A stretch of 64,000 nucleotides of DNA, from the NCBI GenBank assembly GCA_035628915.1, contig DASPIW010000057.1:252262-316261 (forward strand), written 5' to 3'. The translations under genes and the position numbers were made by a program. Positions 49,280 to 57,073 of the stretch are shown in pieces. Under the pieces are notes generated by a model, which had not been told where the DNA came from, searched no databases, and saw only the letters and a list, made by a program, of their open reading frames with translations. How positions within the stretch are numbered: the first letter of the stretch is position 1; each line of letters begins with the position of its first letter. The stretch is from Symbiobacteriaceae bacterium (GTDB lineage Bacteria > Bacillota > Sulfobacillia > Symbiobacteriales > Symbiobacteriaceae).

Positions 49280-50158
49280 TTGCTTAACCTGATTGCGTTG
49301 CTGATGTTCGCCTGCATCTCCCTCGGCCTGCTGGCCTATTACCAGCTCAGGCGGCGAGGGAACCGGCAGGACGGCGGCGGACCCGATGAGCCGACCGGCG
49401 AACCCGAACGGGAGACCTTTATGGACCGCTGGGAAAAGGCTGCCCTGCAGGCTGGCCTCGGCTGGAAGCGCAGCGTCTACTACTTCATCGCCGGCGCCGG
49501 CCTCCTGGTGGGCGCGGCGCTGGCCCTGACCCATCACACAAACGGCGCCATGCTCGTCACAGCTGCGGCGCTGATCGGGCCGCACGTGTACGTAAAGCGG
49601 CTGCAGGCCCGCAGAGCAGCCCAGTTCGCGGCCCAGCTGCCGCAGGCGCTCTTCCTGGCAGCCAGCGTGCTGCGGGCAGGAGGAACGCTGCTGCAGGCGG
49701 TGGACTCCATCGCGGCCGAGATGCCCAATCCCATGGGCGAAGAGTTCCGCCGCATCCAGCAGCAAATGCGCCTGCAGGTCCCGGCGCATGAAGCCATGGC
49801 GCAGACCCAGGCCCGCATTAACGTGCGGGAGTTCGCCGCAGTGATTGTGGCGGCCCGCATTACGGCTGAGGTGGGCGGCAACCTGGCCCATATCTACGAT
49901 CAGGTGGCCCGCTCCATCGTGGAGGCGCAGAACGCCCGACGGACGGTGCAGTCGTTTACGACCGAAGGCCGCATGTCGGCCAACATGATCGCCGCCCTGC
50001 CCTTCGTCGTGCTGACGGTCCTCCACTTCCTGAGCCCCGGATACTATGATCCGCTCTTCGGCAGCTGGCCCGGCCGGTTTGTCCTGGGCGGCTGCTTCGG
50101 CACCATCGCCTTTGGGTGGTATACCATCCGGCGCATGGTCGACATTCGGATTTATTAG
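49280..50158 (+). CDS. tadB: Tad platform protein TadB (T2SS-F family)
   Basis: 292 aa polytopic protein. TTG start abuts the cpaF stop. Confidence 0.85.
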   Translation: MLNLIALLMFACISLGLLAYYQLRRRGNRQDGGGPDEPTGEPERETFMDRWEKAALQAGLGWKRSVYYFIAGAGLLVGAALALTHHTNGAMLVTAAALIGPHVYVKRLQARRAAQFAAQLPQALFLAASVLRAGGTLLQAVDSIAAEMPNPMGEEFRRIQQQMRLQVPAHEAMAQTQARINVREFAAVIVAARITAEVGGNLAHIYDQVARSIVEAQNARRTVQSFTTEGRMSANMIAALPFVVLTVLHFLSPGYYDPLFGSWPGRFVLGGCFGTIAFGWYTIRRMVDIRIY

Positions 50159-50170
50159 GAGGTGCACGTC

Positions 50171-51040
50171 ATGGCCTTGATCTTTGTCCTGATGCTGGTG
50201 GCGTGCACCGGCGCCGTGTACGGCGCCTATCTGATGAAGAAGGAGAAGGAACGGCGGGTCGCGGACCTGATTTACGCCCTGGAGGCGGACGGCCCGGGTG
50301 GGGAGACCGATTCCCGGGACGCCGGGCTCATCGGGAAGCTCCGGCAGCTGATGCCGGCCGCCGTGATGGAGGCCTACGAGCAGAAGCTGATCTGGGCGGG
50401 GCGCCCGTTCGGGCTCGACGCCGCCCAGTTTGTCGGCGCCAAGGCGGTGCTGGCGGTGACGCTGCCGCTGCTGCTTTCGCTGATGACCCTGTTCCAGCCG
50501 GGTGCCGTGGCAGCGCTGTTGATGGTGATCGCCGGCCTTTCCGGCTTCATCGCCCCGGATGTGTGGCTGAACGGCCGGGTGGGCGCCCGGCGCCAGGTGG
50601 TGGCCGAGGAGCTGCCGCTCTTCGCCGATCTGATTGCCACGGCCATCAGCGCCGGTCTGCCCCTGACCGAAGCCGTGCGGCGGGTCTCAGCGGATGCCCC
50701 CGGACTGGTCGCCCGAGAGTTCCTGAGGGCCGTCCAGGAGATGGCCGCCGGCAAGCCCCGGGCGGAGGCATGGCGGGACCTCGTCACCCGGGTGCCCGGC
50801 GAAGATCTCCGGGTGATCGTCAACGCCATCATGCAGGCCGAGCAGTACGGCACCTCGGTGGCCGAGATCATCCGCTATCAGATCCAGCAGATCAGGCTCT
50901 TCAAGCAGCAGGAAGCGCAGCGGATCGCGCAGGTCACAACCGTAAGAATGCGCATCCCCATGCTCTTGATGATCCTCCTGCCCTTCATGGTCCTGCTGCT
51001 GGGCCCCGCCCTGCTGCAGATTGCGAAGCTCCTCTTATAG
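50171..51040 (+). CDS. tadC: Tad platform protein TadC (T2SS-F family)
   Basis: ~289 aa polytopic paralogue of tadB. ATG 8 nt after GGAGG. Confidence 0.85.
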   Translation: MALIFVLMLVACTGAVYGAYLMKKEKERRVADLIYALEADGPGGETDSRDAGLIGKLRQLMPAAVMEAYEQKLIWAGRPFGLDAAQFVGAKAVLAVTLPLLLSLMTLFQPGAVAALLMVIAGLSGFIAPDVWLNGRVGARRQVVAEELPLFADLIATAISAGLPLTEAVRRVSADAPGLVAREFLRAVQEMAAGKPRAEAWRDLVTRVPGEDLRVIVNAIMQAEQYGTSVAEIIRYQIQQIRLFKQQEAQRIAQVTTVRMRIPMLLMILLPFMVLLLGPALLQIAKLLL

Positions 51041-51053
51041 GGGGTGACCGGCT

Positions 51054-51485
51054 ATGCTGCTTCGGCTGAAAGAGAAGCGCCGGGGATCTGCCATGGTCGA
51101 GTTCGCCCTGGTAGCTCCCCTGCTGATTCTGATCCTGGTCGGGATCATGGTCATGGGCGTCGTCATTAACTCGAAAATCGTGGTCTCCGGCGCCGCCCGG
51201 GAAGCGGGCCGCACCTGGGCCATCGCCAAGGAAGACGGCATCGCCCGGGCCAAGGCGGTCGACGCCATCAACGGCGGCGGGCTGAAGATCTCGGCCGACG
51301 GCAAGGTCCTTTTCAACCCCGCCCACGACGTCCAGTTTCAACGCATGGGCGATTATATCCAGGTGACGGTCCATTACCGGCAGCCGCTGTTCGTACCGTT
51401 GCTGGCCAGGCTGATCGATCCTTCCAGCCCCGGCGACGGCACGATTGCGCTGCGGAGCCAGGCGGTCTTCCGGGTAGAGAGGTAG
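51054..51485 (+). CDS. tadE: TadE-like pseudopilin
   Basis: 143 aa. RGSAMVEFALVAPLLILILVGI matches the TadE N-terminal motif. Confidence 0.85.
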   Translation: MLLRLKEKRRGSAMVEFALVAPLLILILVGIMVMGVVINSKIVVSGAAREAGRTWAIAKEDGIARAKAVDAINGGGLKISADGKVLFNPAHDVQFQRMGDYIQVTVHYRQPLFVPLLARLIDPSSPGDGTIALRSQAVFRVER

Positions 51486-52139
51486 GTGAGGGCACCCATG
51501 CTCAGCCGGCTGCGCCGTGAGACCCGGGGCGCCGTCATGGTGATGGCGGCGGCATCTTTCACCATCCTGCTGCTCTTCGCCGGGCTCGCGCTTGACTTCG
51601 GCCGGGCGCACCTGCTGCGGGCCCAGCTCCAGACCGCCGTCGATGCGGCGTCGCTGGCCGGCGCCCTGCAGGTGATCCCCATGGCCGAACTGCGAATCAC
51701 CCGGTGGGAAGCCGCCCAGAACACCTGCTACGACCCGATCACTGGACTGCCCTACGACTGCATGGAGTGGGACTCCGCCTCTCCCGCCGTCATTTCGGGT
51801 CCGCAGTGGGATTTGATCATCCAGGGCAAATGGAAGACGAGGGCCGGCGCTCAGTGTACCTGGCCGTTCCGCTGCGGCAGCTATCGCATTACCCGTGAGT
51901 GGCTGGTGCTGCCCGAATCGACGGTGCCGGTGGCGCGGAACACCTTTGCCCAGAACGCTCGCTGGCCCGACGGCAGCCTCGGGCCGCAGGTGGAGGATCT
52001 CACCGTGACGGTAAACCAGGCCAAGGCCGAAGTGACGGCCAGAGCGACCATGTCGATGCCGACTTCGTTCCTCAAGCTGGTACGCATCCGCGAGCTCCGG
52101 TTCACCCGGACGGGTACGGCCGTGCCGGTCAAGCGCTAA
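51486..52139 (+). CDS. TadG-like (Tad N-terminal motif) pilus assembly protein
   Basis: 217 aa. RGAVMVMAAASFTILLLFAGLALDFGRA ... AVDAASLAGA. ATG 51498 is an alternative start. Confidence 0.75.
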   Translation: MRAPMLSRLRRETRGAVMVMAAASFTILLLFAGLALDFGRAHLLRAQLQTAVDAASLAGALQVIPMAELRITRWEAAQNTCYDPITGLPYDCMEWDSASPAVISGPQWDLIIQGKWKTRAGAQCTWPFRCGSYRITREWLVLPESTVPVARNTFAQNARWPDGSLGPQVEDLTVTVNQAKAEVTARATMSMPTSFLKLVRIRELRFTRTGTAVPVKR

Positions 52140-52160
52140 GCGAAGGGAGCGGACACGTCA

Positions 52161-52865
52161 ATGGCTACTGGTCGGCTCAACGTGCCGCGGCTGCTGGCAA
52201 CCGCCGGCGCCATGGCCCTGGCTGTCGCTTTCCTGCCCATGGCGTCGGCCGGTCACGGCGACCTTCATGCCCGCTGCAACGGCAACACGCCGGTCATCAC
52301 GGTCCGACCGCCGGGCACCGAGCACATCCAGGTCGTCTGCGTGGACGGGATCCCGGAGTTCGTCGTTACCCCTGAACCGGTCTTCGCCTATGATCCCGTC
52401 AAGCAGGCGCTCCCCCGGGCCACGCCCCCCGATTTCGGCGGCTGGGTGACGGTCTGGCTGAACGGGCGCCTGCTGCGGACACCCTACGATCCCATCCGCG
52501 GCGTCCAGGAACCCGGCCCCTGGCTGGCCGCTTCCACGGGGCGCGTCATGATGCCTGTCCGCTTCTTCACCGAGGCCTTCGGCGGTCAGGTGGACTGGAA
52601 CCAGCAGGAAAGGCGGGCTCAGCTGAAAATGCCGGGCCGTGCTCAGGCCATTACCCTCTGGCTAAGCCAGGACCAGGGGATGGTTGGCTTCATGGGCGTC
52701 CAGCTGGATCAAAAGCCGGTCCTCTTCCTCGACCGGATGTTCGTCCCCGTCCGCTTCCTGACGGAGGGGTTCGGCGGCGAGGTGACCTGGGATCACGGCA
52801 ACCGCAGCGCCCGGGTGCAGATGAGCAACGTCTCCTGCGTCAGCGCAGTCTACTGCGGGAAGTGA
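52161..52865 (+). CDS. Secreted protein with two copper-amine-oxidase N-terminal-like (stalk) half-repeats
   Basis: Signal peptide ...MALAVAFLPMASA. Repeats: VMMPVRFFTEAFGGQVDWNQQERRAQL and MFVPVRFLTEGFGGEVTWDHGNRSARV. Confidence 0.7.
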   Translation: MATGRLNVPRLLATAGAMALAVAFLPMASAGHGDLHARCNGNTPVITVRPPGTEHIQVVCVDGIPEFVVTPEPVFAYDPVKQALPRATPPDFGGWVTVWLNGRLLRTPYDPIRGVQEPGPWLAASTGRVMMPVRFFTEAFGGQVDWNQQERRAQLKMPGRAQAITLWLSQDQGMVGFMGVQLDQKPVLFLDRMFVPVRFLTEGFGGEVTWDHGNRSARVQMSNVSCVSAVYCGK

Positions 52866-52873
52866 GGAAAGCC

Positions 52874-54793
52874 ATGAAAAGGAAGACACGCTGGGCCACA
52901 GGCATCGCCATCGGGCTGCTGGCCACAGCGGCCCTGGCGGCGGCAGCCGCACCTCCGCTCTTCAGCGAGGAGGTGACAGACTACGGCCGGAGCCGGTGGC
53001 GGACCCACTACACGCCTTCCGAGCCGGAGTATCCGCTCGACAGAAACGCCAGGCCTGTCTGGGAAGTCCCCCTGGGTCTCTCCCGGAGTCAGCCCCTGGT
53101 CATTCAGCGGGACTTTGACGGCAACGGCGCAGCCGAGACCCGTGTTTACCATGTCGCCGGGGACAGGCTCTGGGCCCTGAACGCTGACATGACGCCGGCT
53201 GCCCGCGGCCCCAACCAGAGTGTGGAGAGCTACCGGCAGCAGTTAGCCGGTGACGGGTTCATTCTCTGGTCGACGCCGGCGGACGCCCTCTGCTCGTCAC
53301 CCGATCTCCTCGCCAAGGACGAGCTCCTGGCCCTCAAGTGCCTGAAGCTCGGGTCCCGCAAGGAGGTCCGGCCCTTCGCCTCCTCCCAGGCCGCCTACTG
53401 GAAGGGCGTCCGCCCGACCGACGACGTGATCTACGTCGGCTTTGGCCATCCGGCGTCGCTGGTGGCAATCCGGGCCTACGACGGCAAGATCCTCGGGGGC
53501 TATATCATCGATGCCCGGGGCGACCGGGGCATCGTCGGCGCACCCCTTGTCTTCGGCGGTGATATCGTCGTGATCGGTACGACCAACGGCGAGGCGATCA
53601 TCGTCCGGGGCATCGCATCAGGCGTGGCCACGCAGCGCACGCTGCCGGTCGGCGGGCGCATCTCCTTCTCGCCCGTCCCGTTGGGCGAATCGAGCTTCAT
53701 CATCGCCTCGGATGCCCGTACGGCGCCCGGCCTGGGCACCCATGGCTATATGATGTCCTACGGCCTGGGCACCGACGGGCGGCGCGAGTTCGCCCCGTCC
53801 TGGCCGGCAGCGGTGGTGACGGCCGCCGGCATTCCCGGCGAAGCTGCGGTCGATGCCGAGACGGTCTTCATGGCCGACAAGTTCGGCAGGTTATACGCCC
53901 TGCGCCATGACAGTGGCGAACTGCTCTGGTGCCGCCAGTACCCGGGCATGCAGGCCTGTACCGACGACGGCGGCGCCCAGCCTTCCTTCATTAACAACGG
54001 ACCCGGCGTTGATGAGGACAAGGTCTACTTCGTCTATCGCAACGACCGGGGGCCCAATCAGGGCGGCGGTTACCTCGTGGCGATGGGCAAGGCGACCGGC
54101 CAGGTGGCCTGGCAGCATGACATGGGCGACTTCAAGGGTAACACGGCGCCCGTGCCCATGGGGCACGTAATATTGGTCGGTGACACCGGCGGCTACGTGC
54201 GGGCCTACGACAAATGGACCGGCGAGGAAGTCACCTACGGCGGCTACCCGCTCAAGCTCTCCGACGAACCCTACCGGGAAGGCGACCAGGGCGAGCAATG
54301 GTGGGAGCCCATCGGAGGCACCGCTACCCAGATGACCGTCGCCTCCGGCCTGATGCTCGTCGGCGTCAACAGCAACTCTGAAGAGCGGACCGTCCTCAAG
54401 GCATACAGGCTCTACCGCCTGCCCGACCTGACGCTGCGGAACCTGGCGGTGCCTGAATCCGCCAGCGCAACGGGCTTCACCGCCCAGGTCCGGGCGGTCT
54501 GCACCGGCTGCCCCGAAACCCTCACCACCAGCGTCAGCCTGAGGGTGAACGGCATCGAGCGGCCCAGGCAGCCCGTCACCTTCCGGTCCGACAACGGCTG
54601 GACGGCCACGCTGAGCTGGCCCTCCGGGCCCCTGCCCGAGGGTGCAGATATTGAAGTCATCGCCACCATCGACCCGGACAACGCGATCACCGAATCCGAC
54701 GAAACTAACAACTCGCTCCGGGCGACGGTCTTTATTCCCGTCGACCTGGATGGTCAGAACGGCGACCGTTGGGGGAGCAAGCTGACAGATTGA
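52874..54793 (+). CDS. Secreted PQQ-like/BamB-like beta-propeller protein with a C-terminal CARDB-like domain
   Basis: Signal peptide MKRKTRWATGIAIGLLATAALAAAAA. Propeller blades: GRLYALRHDSGELLW, GGYLVAMGKATGQVAW, GGYVRAYDKWTGEE. C-terminus: IDPDNAITESDETNNS. Confidence 0.7.
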   Translation: MKRKTRWATGIAIGLLATAALAAAAAPPLFSEEVTDYGRSRWRTHYTPSEPEYPLDRNARPVWEVPLGLSRSQPLVIQRDFDGNGAAETRVYHVAGDRLWALNADMTPAARGPNQSVESYRQQLAGDGFILWSTPADALCSSPDLLAKDELLALKCLKLGSRKEVRPFASSQAAYWKGVRPTDDVIYVGFGHPASLVAIRAYDGKILGGYIIDARGDRGIVGAPLVFGGDIVVIGTTNGEAIIVRGIASGVATQRTLPVGGRISFSPVPLGESSFIIASDARTAPGLGTHGYMMSYGLGTDGRREFAPSWPAAVVTAAGIPGEAAVDAETVFMADKFGRLYALRHDSGELLWCRQYPGMQACTDDGGAQPSFINNGPGVDEDKVYFVYRNDRGPNQGGGYLVAMGKATGQVAWQHDMGDFKGNTAPVPMGHVILVGDTGGYVRAYDKWTGEEVTYGGYPLKLSDEPYREGDQGEQWWEPIGGTATQMTVASGLMLVGVNSNSEERTVLKAYRLYRLPDLTLRNLAVPESASATGFTAQVRAVCTGCPETLTTSVSLRVNGIERPRQPVTFRSDNGWTATLSWPSGPLPEGADIEVIATIDPDNAITESDETNNSLRATVFIPVDLDGQNGDRWGSKLTD

Positions 54794-54811
54794 CAGGGGA
54801 GGGCGATTTTC

Positions 54812-54964
54812 GTGATCCGTAATCTGCTGAAGCGCCGTGAGGGACAGGGGATGGCCGAGTATGGGTTGATCCTGGCGCTGGTCGCCGTCGTGGCCATCGC
54901 AGCAGTCATGCTGCTCGGGCCGAGGCTCAAGGACGTGTTCGAGGACATCGTCAACGCCCTGTAG
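54812..54964 (+). CDS. flp: Flp-family type IVb prepilin (50 codons, not in the ORF track)
   Basis: GTG 54812 follows AGGGGAGGG. Translation: VIRNLLKRREGQGMAEYGLILALVAVVAIAAVMLLGPRLKDVFEDIVNAL. It has the Flp processing motif G-xxxx-EY followed by a hydrophobic helix. A terminator follows immediately. Confidence 0.85.
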   Translation: MIRNLLKRREGQGMAEYGLILALVAVVAIAAVMLLGPRLKDVFEDIVNAL

Positions 54965-54977
54965 TATGAATGTGCAC

Positions 54978-55010
54978 GGAGCAGGGGTGGCCGGCGGCCG
55001 CCCCTGCTCC
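54978..55010. terminator. Bidirectional hairpin terminator between flp and the M6 protease gene
   Basis: GGAGCAGGGG-13 nt-CCCCTGCTCC, lying between convergent stops at 54964 and 55024. Confidence 0.7.
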
Positions 55011-55023
55011 TGCGTGAAATCGC

Positions 55024-56808
55024 CTACGGTTCGTAAGTGATGGTGACGGTTACGCTCCCGTCATCGTTCTCCGTGATGTCCGAGAGCTTGATGCCGGTCG
55101 TAGACCGGCCCGGTGCCAGCTGATACCACGAAGCCGTATTGGCAAGCCCGTTAACGGGCGCCGGCAGCAGTGAAGTCACGCCCAGGGAACCCGGGAAGAA
55201 GTCGGCTGCGTCCGTGTAGCCGCCCACCTCAAGCTGGTATTGGCCGTCCGCCTGCAGTACGGCCATCGCGTAGTGGGTCTCCCCCCCGGTCTTGGCCGAA
55301 CTGCTCCGCTTGGTCCAGTGGGGGTTGTTCGCTTCGTTGGCCCGCCAGAAAGTCCGGGCAAACACGCTCTCGTCAACCTGATAGACCACCAGCCCGTGCA
55401 GGGCCGGGTCGCCAAAGTACGACAGTCCCCGGTCAAAGCCCTGCTGCTGTCGGTTCTCCATGACGAAGTACTCGTAGCTCAGTCCGTTCGGAACTTTGAT
55501 CCGGTACACATCCTTCGACTCGTTGGCCGGTCTCAGCGTCTTTGTCACGGGAGTCGCCGTCGGCATGATGTCCTTGAAGTTCAGGAAGCTGAGGTATTGC
55601 TTGCCCCAGCCTTCTACATGGCTCGGCGAGTTGCCCGAGTAGTACCGGTCGGGATACTCACGGCCGTAGGAGCCACCGGCCATCAGGCTGACGTCGCCGA
55701 CGCCTTCGGAGTCGTAGCCGTAGTCATAGAGGTCGGGCAGCCCCAGCACGTGGCCGAACTCATGCGCGTAAACACCCACATAGGCCGGCGAGGGCGCCCG
55801 CGGCGCATCGATACCAAAGCCGGTGATATTCTGGCCGACTTCCGGGCAAGTGTTGTACTGGTTGACAACGACGCCGTCAACCACCGTCCACCGGAGGGCA
55901 GATTCGTCAGGGGGCACATTGGTCCGGTAGTACTCACCCCAGTACCTCGCGCTTACAATGCTCCAGGCGTGCGACCAGATGATGCTCGGGTCGCGGCTGT
56001 ACTCGGCGCCGGTCCCGCGATGGATGATGAACAGGTTCGGCACGACCTTGTCGATCGTCTGACCGTCCTGCACGATCGAAGTCGCATTCCCCGCCAGATC
56101 TGCGAAATCGCCGGGCCGAGCCGGAATCGCCCAATCAGCCAGGTTGATGTCGAACTGCTCCTTGGCCGCGAGGACCGCGTCCTCCACAAGTTCGCCGATA
56201 TATGCGTCGCCGTTGTCGTTATAGTGGCCCTTGTTCTGACCCATGTAGTAGTCATAGCCATGCGGCAGGGTGACCCAGCCCACCACATCGACGTCGATGC
56301 TGAACTGGCCGTAGCTGATCTCATCGTAGTAGTTCCTGAGCGTGCCCCGGGTGGAAGCCGGCTGGCCGTCCGGATACGTCGCCAGATGGCTCCACATGGG
56401 CCGGGCATAGGGATCGTACTCAGTGCCGTTAAACAGATCGTCGAACAGGTCCGCCGGAACCTGCTCGTAATCCACACCGGGCACATCGCTCATTTCGGCG
56501 GACGACACAGGCCAGTCCACCAGGATGGCCAGGCCCTTCACGCTGCCCCTGGCGTCAATCCTGCCTACGGAAGTACCGTTGCCGGGGCTCAGATAGCTCT
56601 GACCGGGGTTGTATCCCCGCAGTTCCTTGCCCGTCACCTTTATGCCGGCAGCAGCGGAATCCATGGCAAAGTCCCGGTCAACTTTAGCGAAGCTGGGAAG
56701 CCGCATCTTAAACTGATTCCTGGTCGTTCCGGCGGCACCGGGAGCAGCGGCGCCCAGAACCATGATTGCGATCACGGCGAGAATCAGGAGCAGCTTTGAC
56801 CGTTTCAT
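55024..56808 (-). CDS. Secreted M6-family (immune inhibitor A-like) zinc metalloprotease
   Basis: HEFGHVLGLPDLYD zinc motif. Signal peptide MKRSKLLLILAVIAIMVLGAAAPGAAG, from the ATG after GGAGGG. Confidence 0.88.
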   Translation of the reverse strand: MKRSKLLLILAVIAIMVLGAAAPGAAGTTRNQFKMRLPSFAKVDRDFAMDSAAAGIKVTGKELRGYNPGQSYLSPGNGTSVGRIDARGSVKGLAILVDWPVSSAEMSDVPGVDYEQVPADLFDDLFNGTEYDPYARPMWSHLATYPDGQPASTRGTLRNYYDEISYGQFSIDVDVVGWVTLPHGYDYYMGQNKGHYNDNGDAYIGELVEDAVLAAKEQFDINLADWAIPARPGDFADLAGNATSIVQDGQTIDKVVPNLFIIHRGTGAEYSRDPSIIWSHAWSIVSARYWGEYYRTNVPPDESALRWTVVDGVVVNQYNTCPEVGQNITGFGIDAPRAPSPAYVGVYAHEFGHVLGLPDLYDYGYDSEGVGDVSLMAGGSYGREYPDRYYSGNSPSHVEGWGKQYLSFLNFKDIMPTATPVTKTLRPANESKDVYRIKVPNGLSYEYFVMENRQQQGFDRGLSYFGDPALHGLVVYQVDESVFARTFWRANEANNPHWTKRSSSAKTGGETHYAMAVLQADGQYQLEVGGYTDAADFFPGSLGVTSLLPAPVNGLANTASWYQLAPGRSTTGIKLSDITENDDGSVTVTITYEP

Positions 56809-57073
56809 CAGGCAGATCCCTCCTGCTTGCGTAATTGGACGCATTGCTCATTGTACAGGAGGCATACTATTCTGTGAACGTTTGTAACAGAAATAATACG
56901 CGCAAGATAAAGTCTTCTGATCTATTATCGGATAACTTCATGCTTTCACCATATTTGTTGCACGTCCCGTTCACGCGCCTCCGCTACGCTTGGAGTAACT
57001 GTAGCCTGGCGCCGCGGCGCCATGATATCCTGATAGTGACTGTATCCCGTTCGAAAAGGAGCCCGTCACGTCC

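Noticed and set aside
50116-51069. 317-aa plus-strand ORF in another frame across tadC
   Set aside because: Its translation is Arg/Gly/Pro-rich. The 50171-51040 frame gives a typical polytopic T2SS-F-family protein paralogous to tadB.
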